This document shows, piece after piece, positions 30,063 to 40,720 of a stretch of 64,000 bases of DNA. Position 1 is the first letter of the stretch, and each line of letters starts with the position of its first letter. Below the pieces are notes generated by a model. The model was not told the DNA's origin and did not search any database. It saw only the letters and a list, made by a program, of their open reading frames with translations. The position numbers and the translations under genes were made by a program. Source of the stretch: an uncultured Trueperaceae bacterium (GTDB taxonomy: Bacteria > Deinococcota > Deinococci > Deinococcales > Trueperaceae). The DNA is taken from assembly GCA_963815215.1 (NCBI GenBank), contig CAWFFU010000008.1:1-64000 (forward strand), in the 5' to 3' direction.

Positions 30063-31411
30063 GCTTCCCACCAGTCGTTCTTGGTGTACATGGGCCTGCC
30101 GTTGTCGACGATGAACTCGTACTCGTCCCGGAACCATTTGAAGCTCGCCTGGACCGGCATGGCGCAGGCGTCGGCCAGCGGGCAGAACGCGGTGCCGCGG
30201 CTGTTGCGCACCATCTCCTCCATCAGGTCGAGGTCCTCACGCGTGCCGAGGCCCGCCAGCAGCTTCTGGTACATCTTCGGAAGCCAGGTGGCGATGCCCT
30301 CCCGGCACGGCGTGCACTTGCCGCACGACTCGTGCGCGTAGAAGCGCACCACGTTGTACATGGCGTCGACGATGTCCTTCTCTTTGGGGATGACGATGAC
30401 CCCGCCGGTGCCGAGCATGGAGCCGGCCTTGGCGAGCGAACCGTAATCCATGGCCATGTCCAGGTATTCGTCGGTCCAGGGCAGGGGCGGCGTGGAGGAG
30501 CCGCCCGGGAAGAAGCCCTTCGCTTCGCCACCCTTGGGGCCTCCCGCCAGGTCGTAGATGAGCTCGCGGAAGCTGGCCCCCATCGGCAGCTCGTATACGC
30601 CGGGGCGCTCCACCGGGCCGCTGATCTGGTAGAGCTTGGTGCCCTTGCTGTCCTCGGTCCCCATCGACGAGAACCAGTGCGCGCCGCGCGTGATGATGTG
30701 CACCACGCTGGTCATGGTGGTCACGTTGTTGATGGTCGTGGGCAACCCGTAAACGCCCGCCTGCGCCGGGAAGGGGGGCTTGAGTCGCGGATTGCCGCGC
30801 AGCCCCTCCAACGAATTCATCAGCGCCGTTTCCTCACCGCAGATGTAGGCGCCGGCGCCGCGGTGGACCGTGATGTCGACCTCGACGTCGGTGCCGAGCA
30901 CGTTCTTGCCGAGGATGCCGGCCTCCCGCGCCTCGCGGACGGCGCCGACCAGGCGCTCATAGCCCTTCACGTACTCGCCGCGGATGTAGATCATCGCCTT
31001 GGTCGCCTGGATGGCGTAGCAGCCGATGATCATGCCCTCGATGAGCTGATGCGGGTCGTCCTCCATGATGTAGCGGTCCTTGAACGAGCCCGGCTCCGAC
31101 TCGTCGGCGTTGACCACCAGCAGGCGCTGGCGGCCGTCGACCGGGGGCATGAACGACCACTTCACACCTGTCGGGAAGCCTGCACCGCCGCGGCCGCGCA
31201 GCTTCGAGGCCTTGACCTCGTCGATGACTTCGCTCGGCGACATCTGTGTGAGCGCCTTGGTGGCGGCCTCGTAGCCTCCGTGCGAGCGGTAGTAGTCGAG
31301 CTTCCAGGCTCCATCCACGCCCACGTGGCGGTACATGACCACCTCGTAGCGGGGATCGCGCCGGCTGGTGATGGGGCGCGCGGACTCCGGGGCGTCGGCG
31401 ACGTCGCTCAT
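30059..31411 (-). CDS. nuoF: NADH-quinone oxidoreductase subunit F
   Basis: [43 protein letters not shown]. Confidence 0.96.
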   Translation of the reverse strand: MSDVADAPESARPITSRRDPRYEVVMYRHVGVDGAWKLDYYRSHGGYEAATKALTQMSPSEVIDEVKASKLRGRGGAGFPTGVKWSFMPPVDGRQRLLVVNADESEPGSFKDRYIMEDDPHQLIEGMIIGCYAIQATKAMIYIRGEYVKGYERLVGAVREAREAGILGKNVLGTDVEVDITVHRGAGAYICGEETALMNSLEGLRGNPRLKPPFPAQAGVYGLPTTINNVTTMTSVVHIITRGAHWFSSMGTEDSKGTKLYQISGPVERPGVYELPMGASFRELIYDLAGGPKGGEAKGFFPGGSSTPPLPWTDEYLDMAMDYGSLAKAGSMLGTGGVIVIPKEKDIVDAMYNVVRFYAHESCGKCTPCREGIATWLPKMYQKLLAGLGTREDLDLMEEMVRNSRGTAFCPLADACAMPVQASFKWFRDEYEFIVDNGRPMYTKNDWWEA

Positions 31412-32022
31412 CAGCCCTCCCCCTCTCCCGTGAGCGCGCGGCCGGTGGCCGCGCTCATGAGGAAGTCGGCCTTCTCGGCGCCCTCGTTGTCGCCGCCGCG
31501 CGCGCGCCAGGCTTCGGGCATGTCGCCCTGCTTCAGCGCGTCGATGAGCTGGTCGCAACGCGTGCGGCTGACGCGCTCGTAGTAGACGTCGTTGACCTGC
31601 AGCACCGGGCCGGTGCCGCAGGAACCGAGGCACTCGACCTTCTGGATGCTGAAGCGGCCCTCGGCGTCGGTCTCGCCGTTGACGATGCCGAGCTTCTCGA
31701 CCAGGTAGTCGTAGAGCTGGTCGCTGCCGGCGAGCGAGCAGGAGAGCGTGGAGCAGACCTGCAGGTGGTACTTGCCCACCGGCTCGCCGTGGTACTCGGA
31801 GTAGAAGCTCATCACGCCCTTGACTTCGGTGGGGTGCATCCCCAGGATCTCGGCGATCTCGGCGATGCGCGCCTCGCTGACGTAACGTTCGGCGTTCTGG
31901 ACTTCCCACAGCAAAGGCATCACGGCGCTACGCTTGCCGTACTCGGGGTAGCGCCCCAGGATCTCGTCGAGCACCTCTTGCTTGTCGGCGAAGTAGGCGG
32001 GGATGGTGTCGAGCTCAACCAT
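31411..32022 (-). CDS. nuoE: NADH-quinone oxidoreductase subunit E
   Basis: CSTLSC and ECLGSC 2Fe-2S ligands. Confidence 0.95.
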   Translation of the reverse strand: MVELDTIPAYFADKQEVLDEILGRYPEYGKRSAVMPLLWEVQNAERYVSEARIAEIAEILGMHPTEVKGVMSFYSEYHGEPVGKYHLQVCSTLSCSLAGSDQLYDYLVEKLGIVNGETDAEGRFSIQKVECLGSCGTGPVLQVNDVYYERVSRTRCDQLIDALKQGDMPEAWRARGGDNEGAEKADFLMSAATGRALTGEGEG

Positions 32023-32088
32023 GTTCGTTCCTCACGGCGCCACCGGCGTCCAGCCACGGCGCGACGGGCCGCGCCGTCGTCACCCGCC

Positions 32089-33318
32089 TCATTTGTCCAC
32101 GTCTCCCAGGACCGGGTCGAGGCTGGCGATGTTCATGACCATGTCGGCGAACAGGCCACCTACACAGGCCGGTTCCAGCGACTGCAGGTTGATCAGGCTC
32201 GGCACCCGGATCTTGACGCGGTAGGGCATCGAGCCGCCGTCGCTGATGATGTAGTAGCCGAGCTCGCCGCGGGCGCTCTCGGTGGCCACGTAGACCTCGC
32301 CGCGCGGCGGGTGGAAGCCCTCGGTGACCAGTTTGAAGTGGAAGATCACGGCCTCCATCGAGTTCTCGAGCTCGCTCCGGGGAGGCATGCTGATGCGGCG
32401 GTCGGGGTCCTTGATCGGTCCCGGCTCCGCGCGGTCGAGCGCCTGACGGACGATCTTCAGGCTCTCGCGCATCTCGTCGATGCGGATCCGTAAGCGGCTC
32501 AAGAGGTCCCCCTCGGAGTAGGTGGGGACGTTGAACTCGTAGTCCTCGTAGCCGCTGTAAGGGACGGTCTTGCGCAGGTCGATAGGCACGCCGCTGGCAC
32601 GCAGGCTGGGCCCGGTGAGGCCGTGCTCGAGCGCGGTCTCGCGCGTCAGGATGCCGACGCCCCTGGTGCGTTGGAGGAAGATGTCGTTCTTCGCGAACAG
32701 CCGTTCGTACTGCTCGATCATCTTCGGGAAGCTGTCCAGGAAGGCGCGCGCGGCCGGCACGAACTCATCGGGAACGTCGCGGTAGAGCCCGCCGACCCGG
32801 AAGTAGCCGTAGTTCATGCGCACACCGCAGACCATCTCGAACAGGTCGAGGATCTGCTCGCGCTCACGCATGGTGTAGAAGAACGGCGTCAGGGCGCCCA
32901 TGTCGAGCAGCCCGGTGCCGACGAAGAGCAGGTGGCTGGCGATGCGGTTGAGCTCCACCAGCGCCACCCGGAGCCGCTGGGCGCGCTCGGGCACGTTGGC
33001 ATCGAGCAACTTCTCCACCGACAGCACGTACGCGAGGTCATGGGTGAAGCCCGTGACGTAGTCCATGCGGTTGGTGTAGGTGACGCCCTGCTGGTAAGTG
33101 CGGTTCTCCATCGTCTTCTCGAAGCCGGTATGGAGGTAACCGATCTGCGGCTTGAGGGCGACGATCTGCTCGCCGTCGAGGTCCACTACCAGCCGCAGCA
33201 CGCCGTGCGTGCTGGGGTGCTGCGGGCCGACGTTGATCCGCATGTACTTGGTCTCGAACTCGCCGTGCCGCTCCTCGCGCATGACGGCGGCGGCGTGGCC
33301 GAGGTCCTTGCCGCTCAC
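32089..33318 (-). CDS. nuoD: NADH-quinone oxidoreductase subunit D
   Basis: [33 protein letters not shown]. Confidence 0.96.
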   Translation of the reverse strand: MSGKDLGHAAAVMREERHGEFETKYMRINVGPQHPSTHGVLRLVVDLDGEQIVALKPQIGYLHTGFEKTMENRTYQQGVTYTNRMDYVTGFTHDLAYVLSVEKLLDANVPERAQRLRVALVELNRIASHLLFVGTGLLDMGALTPFFYTMREREQILDLFEMVCGVRMNYGYFRVGGLYRDVPDEFVPAARAFLDSFPKMIEQYERLFAKNDIFLQRTRGVGILTRETALEHGLTGPSLRASGVPIDLRKTVPYSGYEDYEFNVPTYSEGDLLSRLRIRIDEMRESLKIVRQALDRAEPGPIKDPDRRISMPPRSELENSMEAVIFHFKLVTEGFHPPRGEVYVATESARGELGYYIISDGGSMPYRVKIRVPSLINLQSLEPACVGGLFADMVMNIASLDPVLGDVDK

Positions 33319-33953
33319 GGCTTGCCACTCTCCTTACCGTGCATTCCCGCGCCCTGGCCGTACTCCTGCTCGCTGGTGGTGCCCTTGCGGGCGCCGCCCT
33401 TCCACTGCGTCAGGCCGGCGTCGGCGCCGATCAGACCGGCTCGGAACGCCGCGGGGTCGAGGAAGCGCCCCTCGTTGAACAGGGTGGGCGTCTCGCCCAG
33501 CGGGAAGTCCTTGCGGTGAGGGTGGCCTTCGAAGTCCTCGGGGAGCAGAAGGCGACGCAGGTCGGGGTGACCCTCGAAGACCACGCCGAACATGTCGTAG
33601 ACTTCGCGCTCCATGAACATGGCGGCCTTGAACAGGTGGGTCACGGTCGGCATGCTCTCGCCGTCGTCGATGTCGACGCGCAAGAACACGCGCTCGGTAC
33701 CTTCGAGATTGCGCAGGTTGTACGCCACCGTGAACCGTTTGCCCTGGTGGCCGGGGTAGGTGAGGTAGTCGATGCCGAAGACATCGGCGATCAGGGGGAA
33801 GCCGCCGTTCTTGGCGTGCTCCACCGCCTCGACGATCGACGCTTTCGGCAGCGTGATGCTCACCATGCCCTTGTCCTCACGGAGCACCGCGCCAAGGGGC
33901 TCGAGCTTCGCCACCAGCGCCTGGGTGGCCGGACCCGTCACCGGCTCGCTCAC
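33315..33953 (-). CDS. nuoC: NADH-quinone oxidoreductase subunit C
   Basis: [34 protein letters not shown] overlap with nuoB. Confidence 0.94.
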   Translation of the reverse strand: MSEPVTGPATQALVAKLEPLGAVLREDKGMVSITLPKASIVEAVEHAKNGGFPLIADVFGIDYLTYPGHQGKRFTVAYNLRNLEGTERVFLRVDIDDGESMPTVTHLFKAAMFMEREVYDMFGVVFEGHPDLRRLLLPEDFEGHPHRKDFPLGETPTLFNEGRFLDPAAFRAGLIGADAGLTQWKGGARKGTTSEQEYGQGAGMHGKESGKP

Positions 33954-34492
33954 CGCGACCACCCCTCTACCATCGGCAGCTCCTCGCCGTGTTCGTCGAA
34001 GGCCTCGCCCCGCACCTTCTTCTGGAGCTGCTGCACCGCGAAGATCAGCGCCTCAGGGCGCGGCGGGCACCCGGGCACGAAGATGTCGACCGGTACCACC
34101 GAGTCGACGTTCTGAACGATGGCGTAGTTGTTGAACATGCCGCCCGAGGAGGCGCACGCCCCCATCGAGATCACCCACTTGGGATCGGGCATCTGCTCGT
34201 ACACGCGCCGCATGATCGGCGCCATCTTCTTCGACAAGCGGCCGGCTACGATCATCACGTCGGCCTGACGCGGGCTGGCCCGGAAGACCTCCGACCCGAA
34301 GCGGGCCATGTCGTTGCGGGAGTTGGTCGACTGCATCATCTCGATGGCGCAGCACGCCAGCCCGAAGGTAGCGGGCCACAGGCTGTTGCTGCGACCCCAC
34401 GCCACCAGCTTCTCGAGCGACGAGAAGAGGATGCCCTCGTTCTCGAGCTCCTGGATGTCCTTCTCGAACAAGTCTCTAAGGCCCATGCTCAC
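33950..34492 (-). CDS. nuoB: NADH-quinone oxidoreductase subunit B
   Basis: [22 protein letters not shown]. Confidence 0.96.
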   Translation of the reverse strand: MSMGLRDLFEKDIQELENEGILFSSLEKLVAWGRSNSLWPATFGLACCAIEMMQSTNSRNDMARFGSEVFRASPRQADVMIVAGRLSKKMAPIMRRVYEQMPDPKWVISMGACASSGGMFNNYAIVQNVDSVVPVDIFVPGCPPRPEALIFAVQQLQKKVRGEAFDEHGEELPMVEGWSR

Positions 34493-34836
34493 TTCCAGGA
34501 CAGGACACCCTTGCGGAGGATGTAGAGGTATCCGACCGCCAGGATGATCACGAACAAGATGGCCTGCACGTATAAGAACGCGGGAGCCTCCCGGAACTTG
34601 ACCGCCAGTGGGTAGAAGAAGGCAGTCTCCAGGTCGAAGATGATGAAGAGCATGGCGACCATGTAGAAGTGCACCGGGAAGCGCTCACGCGCGCTGCCCG
34701 ATGCCGGCACGCCGGACTCGTAGGCGGCGAGCTTGGTCGCCGTCCCCTTCTTGGGGCCGAGCAACGCACTCGCACCGATCGCGGCGACGGCGATGAAGCC
34801 GGCCGCGATGAACATCATGAGAACGTCTAGGTACAA
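34489..34836 (-). CDS. nuoA: NADH-quinone oxidoreductase subunit A
   Basis: [28 protein letters not shown] before TTG. Confidence 0.94.
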   Translation of the reverse strand: MYLDVLMMFIAAGFIAVAAIGASALLGPKKGTATKLAAYESGVPASGSARERFPVHFYMVAMLFIIFDLETAFFYPLAVKFREAPAFLYVQAILFVIILAVGYLYILRKGVLSWK

Positions 34837-34900
34837 GGTTCTCCTTCACTCCCTTCAACGATCAGGAAAGACCCTCTCCGACGTGCGGAACCGGGCTTCC

Positions 34901-34943
34901 ATGTGCCCAGTTTCACAACCTTTCAACGTCGGCAAGTCTACCA
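34901..34943 (-). promoter_or_regulatory. Putative nuo promoter (extended -10) with downstream Rex/CRP-like operator
   Basis: TGgTAGACT at 34943-34935; TTGTGAAactgGGCACAT at 34918-34901. Confidence 0.55.
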
Positions 34944-35328
34944 AAGGACGGAAGCCCCCAACAAGGGAAGTCCGGCCGACCACGCGCCCCCGTGGGAGGG
35001 GGGTCGGCGGGCGCGACGGCGCGCCCGATCGAGGGCGGTATCTCCTCACGCCCCCCATTGTGCTCCTTTGCCGCACGCCATCTGCAACTCAAACCACGGC
35101 ATCCGCCTTCGGTGCGTCGGCTTCGCGCGACCGGCGTGCGGGGCGACCCCCTTGCCCTGGGGAGGTACTCGGGACGGTCACCTGCGGATCCCCGGGCAGC
35201 GCTTCGCTATCGGTACCGAACGACCCCGGTCGACGTCTCCGGACGGGTGCGGAGCGCCCGCCCCGGGCCGGTTCAGCCGAGGCCCACGAAGCCCCTTGGG
35301 AACGCCAACTTTCGCGTTCCGGCGGGCC

Positions 35329-35357
35329 TTGACATCCCCTGGGGGCGTCCATATACT
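35329..35357 (+). promoter_or_regulatory. Sigma70-type promoter of the tRNA pair
   Basis: TTGACA-17 bp-TATACT, 12 nt upstream of tRNA-Lys. Confidence 0.9.
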
Positions 35358-35369
35358 ACTGAGGCTGTT

Positions 35370-35445
35370 GGGTCGTTAGCTCAGTTGGTAGAGCAGCTGA
35401 CTTTTAATCAGCGGGTCATAGGTTCGAGTCCTATACGACCCACCA
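35370..35445 (+). tRNA. tRNA-Lys(TTT)
   Basis: 76-nt cloverleaf, GCTGA-CTTTTAA-TCAGC anticodon arm, GTTCGA T-loop, encoded CCA. Confidence 0.97.
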
Positions 35446-35456
35446 CAGATTGGTCT

Positions 35457-35532
35457 GGCCCCTTCGACTAGCGGTTTAGGTCACCACCCTTTCAAGGTGG
35501 CGGCACGGGTTCGAATCCCGTAGGGGTCACCA
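35457..35532 (+). tRNA. tRNA-Glu(TTC)
   Basis: 76-nt cloverleaf, CCACC-CTTTCAA-GGTGG anticodon arm, encoded CCA. Confidence 0.97.
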
Positions 35533-35537
35533 GAAAC

Positions 35538-35563
35538 GGAGGCGCGATGAGCGCCTCCTTTCT
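35538..35563 (+). terminator. Intrinsic terminator after the tRNAs
   Basis: GGAGGCGC-GATGA-GCGCCTCC followed by TTTCT. Confidence 0.8.
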
Positions 35564-35645
35564 ACATTCTGGGGCAGCGGGTCCGTCGCCATCCCACCGG
35601 CGATCGCGCGGGGCCACTGCACAGGGGGCCGAATCGACCGCGCAG

Positions 35646-36329
35646 CTACGCGTCGTCTCGCTCGTCGTGGGGCACCGGCCCACGACGGTACTCCAGCACG
35701 TACGCCGGCACCGCGGCCCCGTCGGGTACCAGGGCATCGGGCTCAGGATCGCCGGCCTCCAGACGCAGCGGGAGAACGCCCGCCCAGACGCCACTGCGAA
35801 CGTCACGCCGGTCGTCCCCGGGCGGCCCCGAGCGGACCTTCGCCGTGGCACGATCGAGCGATAGCGCAAGCACCGTCGTTGCGTCCAGCTCGCGCGCGTC
35901 GGGAGGCCGCACGTCGGCCCAGCGCCCCGGCGTCACGTGCTCGGTGAACGCCTCGAGCGCATGCAGCTTCTCTTCGGCGTCGTCGACGCGCCGGGCCGTG
36001 CCGAACACGACCACGGATCGGTAGTTCGCCGAGTGGTGGAACGCCGACCGCGCCAGGACCAGACCGTCGAGCAGCGTCACCGTCAGGCACAGCTCGCCGC
36101 CGTCGGCGAGCGCGCCCAGCATGCGGCTGGCCGGCGAACCATGGATGTAGAGGCGGTCGCCGTCGCGCGCATATAGGGTCGGGATCACGACGGGCCGCCC
36201 ATCGTAGGTGAACCCGACGTGGCCCACCAGCCCCTCATCGAGGATGGCGTCGATGGACGAGCGATCGTAGATCCCGCGCTCGGGATGGCGCTGCACCCGC
36301 TCCTGGGTGACCCTGGTCTCGTTGGGCAT
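35646..36329 (-). CDS. Pyridoxamine 5'-phosphate oxidase family flavin-binding protein
   Basis: LYIHGSPASRML, DGLVLARSAFHHSANYRSVV. Confidence 0.88.
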   Translation of the reverse strand: MPNETRVTQERVQRHPERGIYDRSSIDAILDEGLVGHVGFTYDGRPVVIPTLYARDGDRLYIHGSPASRMLGALADGGELCLTVTLLDGLVLARSAFHHSANYRSVVVFGTARRVDDAEEKLHALEAFTEHVTPGRWADVRPPDARELDATTVLALSLDRATAKVRSGPPGDDRRDVRSGVWAGVLPLRLEAGDPEPDALVPDGAAVPAYVLEYRRGPVPHDERDDA

Positions 36330-36479
36330 GCACCACCATACAGAGTCCGTGGCCGGCCCCAGGGCCGGCTTCGCGGACCCGCCGGCGTCGAGCCCCGGGC
36401 TCGGGGGCGCCGGAAGGCGGCGACCGGGTCCCGGAGCGTAAGGCTTCCGTCAGCCGCGCCCGCGTACCGTGCTTGCGAT

Positions 36480-36734
36480 ATGAGCAACGCGATCCCCGTC
36501 ACCATCGGCATGAAGCTGACGAACGCGTTGGGGGATGTGGAGGACCTGGCCACCGCCAAGGGCCTCTTGCAGGTGTTCGCGATAGAACTCTTCTCGCTCC
36601 GGAAGACCGTCGAGGAAGCCACCGAACACGGCGACCCGGCGATGGCCGACAAGGCCCTGCGGGACGCGAGCGTCCTCTGGGGACTGCTGCGCGGCACGCC
36701 GGGGCGCTACCCAGGGGTGGGCATGCCGGCCTGA
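36480..36734 (+). CDS. Small hypothetical protein (84 aa)
   Basis: Protein-like composition (MSNAIPVTIGMKLTNALGDVEDLATAKGLL..), GC3-rich codons, fills an intergenic gap. Confidence 0.6.
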   Translation: MSNAIPVTIGMKLTNALGDVEDLATAKGLLQVFAIELFSLRKTVEEATEHGDPAMADKALRDASVLWGLLRGTPGRYPGVGMPA

Positions 36735-36905
36735 CAACGGCGCCGCACGCTCACCCGCCCCCGGTCGCGCGGGTCGTCGCCGTGTCGGCCGTCGACGACG
36801 GGCCCGTCGAGAATCGATTAGCGTGTAGGAGACACACGCCGTACGGCGCAGCGGTCGCCGGCCGCTGGACAGCCGCTGCGGCGCAACGCGTACGGAGGAG
36901 GGACC

Positions 36906-37631
36906 ATGTCCAGACTGGCCATCGCGCTCGCGGCCGCGCTCATGGGGAGCGGCGCCGTCGGAGCCCAGGACGCGCTGCGCTTCCAGACGTCGCTGGGCGA
37001 GCTCGTCATCACTCCGCTCGGGCACGGCTCGCTCCGACTGGACGTAGCCGGCACAGTCATCCACGTCGATCCCTATGGGCAGGTCGCCGACTACGCCTCG
37101 CAGCCCAAGGCCGACTGGATCTGGATCACCCACGATCATGCCGACCACTACGACGAGGCGGCGATCGCCGCGGTGCGCAAGCCGGACACGCGATTCCTGC
37201 TCGACCCGGCCAGCGCCGGACGGCTGGGCGAGGAGGCGACCGTGCTTCGCAACGGGGACACCACCGAGATCGGTGCCATCACGGTGAGGGCGGTGCCCGC
37301 CTACAACATCCGCCAGAAGCGCACCAACGGCGAGCCCTATCACCCCAAGGGCGCCGGCAACGGCTACCTGGCCCGGTTCGGCGATTTCGTGGTGCACGTC
37401 GGCGCCGATACCGAGTGCGTGCCGGAGATGCACGAACTCGGGCCGGTCGACGTCTCCTTCCTGCCCATCAACCTGCCTTACACCATGACGCCGCAGGACG
37501 CCGCCGAGTGCTTCCGCATCATCCACCCCAAGGTGGCCGTTCCCTACCATCAGGGGGATTACGACCCGCAGATCGTGGCCGACGCGCTGCGCGGCACCGA
37601 TATCGACGTGCGGGTGCTGCCGCTCCATTGA
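36906..37631 (+). CDS. Secreted MBL-fold metallo-hydrolase
   Basis: Signal peptide, ITHDHADH, HPKG..GY, GADT, PYH; GGAGG RBS. Confidence 0.85.
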   Translation: MSRLAIALAAALMGSGAVGAQDALRFQTSLGELVITPLGHGSLRLDVAGTVIHVDPYGQVADYASQPKADWIWITHDHADHYDEAAIAAVRKPDTRFLLDPASAGRLGEEATVLRNGDTTEIGAITVRAVPAYNIRQKRTNGEPYHPKGAGNGYLARFGDFVVHVGADTECVPEMHELGPVDVSFLPINLPYTMTPQDAAECFRIIHPKVAVPYHQGDYDPQIVADALRGTDIDVRVLPLH

Positions 37632-39199
37632 CCGAGGAGGGGCCCGCGGGCAACACCGCTCACGCCCCGGGATCGACGTCCGAGCTCGAGCCGGCCACCC
37701 GCCGCTGGGTGCTGGCGGCGGCGACGCTGGGCTCGGGCATGGTCTTCCTCGACAACTCGACCGTCAACGTGGCGCTCCCTGCTCTGCAGCGCTCGCTGGG
37801 TGCGTCGGTCGTCGACGTGCAATGGGTCATCAACTCCTACACGCTGTTCCTCGCCTCGCTGCTGCTCATCGGCGGCGCCCTCGGCGACCTGCTGGGCCGA
37901 CGCAGGGTGTTCGCGGTCGGAGTCGCCGTGTTCACGCTCGCGTCGATCGCCTGCGGCTTCGCCGTCAACGCCGAGATGCTCATCGTCAGTCGCGCCGCGC
38001 AAGGGGTAGGCGGCGCTCTGCTCACGCCGGGCAGCCTGGCCCTCATCAACGGCGCCTACCCGCGCGATCAGCGCGGCCCGGCGATCGGGCTGTGGTCGGG
38101 CTTCTCCGCCGTCGCCTCGGCCGCCGGCCCGGTGCTGGGCGGTTACCTCATCGATACGGTGTCGTGGCGCGGGGTGTTCTTCCTCAACGCGCCACTGGCC
38201 CTGGCGGTGCTGGCCGTGGCATGGTGGCGCATCCCGGCCACCCCAGGCGAGGCGGGGCCGCGGCGGCTCGACGTGGCGGGCGCCCTCGCCGCGATGCTCG
38301 GCCTCGGCGGTGTGGTGTACGCGCTGATCGAGTCCTCCAATCGCAGCTTCGCGGCGCCGTCGGTGCTGGCGGCGCTCTTCGGCGGGCTAGCTGTGCTGGG
38401 GCTGTTCCTGGTGCGGGAGCGGCGCGCGCGGCGCCCCATGGTGCCGCTAGAACTGTTCCGGTCGCGTGCTTTCGCCGGCGCGAACGTGCTCACGCTCTTC
38501 CTCTACGCGGCGCTGTCCGGCCTGCTGTTCTTCCTGCCGATGAACCTGATCGAGGTGCAGGGCTACTCCGCCACGGCCGCCGGTGCGTCGCTGCTCCCCT
38601 TCGTGCTGTCGATGTTCCTGCTTTCGCGCTGGTCGGGAGGTCTGGTGGCGAGGGTGGGGGCGCGCCTACCGCTGGTAGCGGGTCCGCTGGTGGTGGCCGT
38701 CAGTTTCCTGCTCTATGCCCGTACGGGCGCGACCGGCTCCTATTGGAGCGCGGTCTTCCCCGCCGTGCTGACACAGGGCCTGGGCATGGCGCTGTGCGTG
38801 GCGCCGCTCACCACCACCGTGATGGCCTCGGTCAGCGACGCTCGCTCCGCCACCGCTTCGGGCATCAACAACGCGGTGTCGCGGGTGGCGGGCCTGCTGG
38901 CGATCGGCGCGTTCGGCGCGCTCATGGTCGGACTGTTCAGCGCGCGCCTGGAGACCCGGCTGCCGGTGCTCGACCTGCCCCCCGCGGTGGTGCGCGCGGT
39001 GCGCGCCCGCCACACCGACCTGGCCGCCCTCACCCTGCCGGAGGCCCTGACCTCGCAGCAAGCGCAGCGGCTGCGCACAGCGGTTGACGACGCCTTCGTG
39101 TACGGCTTCCGGATCGTGATGCTGGCCTTCGCGGGGCTGGCCGTAGCAGCCTCAGGCGTCGCGTACGGCACGCTCCGCGAGGACGGCCCCGGAGGCTAG
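37628..39199 (+). CDS. MFS transporter, DHA2 (EmrB/QacA) family
   Basis: FLDNSTVNVALP, GDLLGRRR, GPVLGGYL; TTG overlaps the upstream TGA. Confidence 0.88.
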   Translation: MTEEGPAGNTAHAPGSTSELEPATRRWVLAAATLGSGMVFLDNSTVNVALPALQRSLGASVVDVQWVINSYTLFLASLLLIGGALGDLLGRRRVFAVGVAVFTLASIACGFAVNAEMLIVSRAAQGVGGALLTPGSLALINGAYPRDQRGPAIGLWSGFSAVASAAGPVLGGYLIDTVSWRGVFFLNAPLALAVLAVAWWRIPATPGEAGPRRLDVAGALAAMLGLGGVVYALIESSNRSFAAPSVLAALFGGLAVLGLFLVRERRARRPMVPLELFRSRAFAGANVLTLFLYAALSGLLFFLPMNLIEVQGYSATAAGASLLPFVLSMFLLSRWSGGLVARVGARLPLVAGPLVVAVSFLLYARTGATGSYWSAVFPAVLTQGLGMALCVAPLTTTVMASVSDARSATASGINNAVSRVAGLLAIGAFGALMVGLFSARLETRLPVLDLPPAVVRAVRARHTDLAALTLPEALTSQQAQRLRTAVDDAFVYGFRIVMLAFAGLAVAASGVAYGTLREDGPGG

Positions 39200-40314
39200 C
39201 CGGCGCCACCGATCACCTCTCCGATCAACTCCGCCTCGCGGGCGATGCGCGAAAGCGTACCGCCGGCCGTAACGACGAAGCCGCAGAAGTGGAGCCCCGG
39301 CGCTTCCGGCAAGGCGAGCGGAAGGCGCTCGTCCAGATCGCCGAAGCCCTCGAGCAGGTCCGGGTAGCCGACCCGGTACCCGGTCGCCAGAACCACCACG
39401 TCGACAGGCAGCTCCACGCCGTCCACGAAGACCGCCCGCTCACCGTCGAAGCGCTTCAGGGCGGGGCGCACCGCGATCCGGCCGGCGCGTATGTGCCCGA
39501 CGGTGCCGGCATCGATCAGCGGGATGCGCGCGCGTTCGCGCACCTGGCGGGTGGGGCTGAACGGGGCGAACTGCAGCCCGTAGCGCGTCATGTCGCCGTA
39601 ACGCAGGCGCCGGACCGTCCGCCCGATGACGTCGGCGAGGGGCGCGGGCAGCCGCTCGAGGCGCGTCGCCACTTCCTCGACGGGGCATCCCAGCATGCGT
39701 CGGGGCACCACGTTCACGGGGCTGCGCACCGATAGCGCCACGCGAACGCCGTGCTCGACGAGATCGACCGCGATCTCGCCACCGGAATTGCCGAAGCCGA
39801 CCACGAGCGCACGCCGCTCGTGGAAGGGTGCGCCGTTGCGGTACTCGGAGCTGTGCAGGACGGTCCCCGGGAAACGCTCGAGCCCCGGCCACGTGGGCCG
39901 GTAGGGACGCTCGTTGAGCCCCGTGGCGATCACCAGGTGCTCTCCGAGGATCGTGCCGCGATCGGTCTCCACATGCCAGGCGCCGTCCTCGCGCCAGGCG
40001 CGCTGTGCGGGCTCGCCCCACCGCGGCCGGAGGTCGAACGCCGCGGCGTAGTCCTCGAGGTAAGCGACCACTTCGTCGCGGGAGGGGTAGTCGGGCGCTT
40101 CGTCGGGCCAGGGCCGGCCGGGCAACCTGGAGTTGCGCTTGTGGGTGTGGAGGTGCAGGCGGTCGTAGTGCCGTCGCCACGACGCTGCCGGGCGCGAGTC
40201 GCGCTCGAGTAGCTCGAAGGCCACGCCGCGGGCACGCAGGCACGCGGCGACCGCCAGCCCCGCCGGTCCCGCGCCCACGATTACGGCTCCGTAGCGGTCC
40301 CCTCGTCGTTCCAT
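39196..40314 (-). CDS. Flavin-containing monooxygenase, YUCCA-like
   Basis: GAGPAG, YDRLHLH, FPGTVLHSSEY, GFGNSG, ATGY. Confidence 0.85.
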   Translation of the reverse strand: MERRGDRYGAVIVGAGPAGLAVAACLRARGVAFELLERDSRPAASWRRHYDRLHLHTHKRNSRLPGRPWPDEAPDYPSRDEVVAYLEDYAAAFDLRPRWGEPAQRAWREDGAWHVETDRGTILGEHLVIATGLNERPYRPTWPGLERFPGTVLHSSEYRNGAPFHERRALVVGFGNSGGEIAVDLVEHGVRVALSVRSPVNVVPRRMLGCPVEEVATRLERLPAPLADVIGRTVRRLRYGDMTRYGLQFAPFSPTRQVRERARIPLIDAGTVGHIRAGRIAVRPALKRFDGERAVFVDGVELPVDVVVLATGYRVGYPDLLEGFGDLDERLPLALPEAPGLHFCGFVVTAGGTLSRIAREAELIGEVIGGAG

Positions 40315-40477
40315 GACCGTGCTCCTCAGGTGTTGTTGGGGGCATTCTAGGGCATGCGCCGGCGGGCCGCTCCTCCCCATCGCAGGCATGCGATCCTCGG
40401 TGCCGCGGTCCTCGGCGCCGCGCCCCTCGCCCGTGGCATAATGCCCACGGTCGGGCGGCTAGCGTCCGGGCTCCTTC

Positions 40478-40552
40478 GGGCGATTAGCTCAGCGGAAGAG
40501 CGGCCGCCTTACAAGCGGTAGGTCGGCGGTTCGAACCCGTCATCGCCCACCA
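40478..40552 (+). tRNA. tRNA-Val(TAC)
   Basis: 75-nt cloverleaf, anticodon loop CTTACAA, GTTCGAA T-loop, encoded CCA. Confidence 0.96.
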
Positions 40553-40646
40553 CACACCTGGGACCGCGCCAACCCCCGGCGACGACCCATGATCCCCGTG
40601 CTCGGAAACGGCGCCGAGTCGTGATGGTGAGTCGTTTGCGTAGCGC

Positions 40647-40675
40647 GCGCTCCGCCTGTGCGGGTGGCGGAGCGC
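40647..40675. terminator. GC-rich hairpin between convergent tRNA-Val and lipoprotein gene
   Basis: GCGCTCCGCC-9nt-GGCGGAGCGC; no clear U tract. Confidence 0.45.
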
Positions 40676-40683
40676 ACTTCCAG

Positions 40684-40720
40684 CTAGAAGGCCCCGCTCT
40701 CTAGAAGACCCCGCTCTCTA
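40684..40720. repeat. 17-bp tandem duplication of the lipoprotein gene 3' end
   Basis: CTAGAAGGCCCCGCTCT / CTAGAAGACCCCGCTCT / CTA. Confidence 0.8.

Noticed and set aside
34945..35328. Possible ncRNA or riboswitch between nuoA and tRNA-Lys
   Set aside because: Only generic GC-rich hairpins; no recognisable family motif
36473..39199. 908-aa fused MFS ORF and other N-terminally extended ORFs (4749-6020, 42891-45527, 52086-54017)
   Set aside because: Extensions overlap other genes and are low-complexity; internal starts have RBS or stop-overlap support
35370..40552. tRNA genes as island integration sites
   Set aside because: I found no duplicated tRNA 3' end and no integrase nearby
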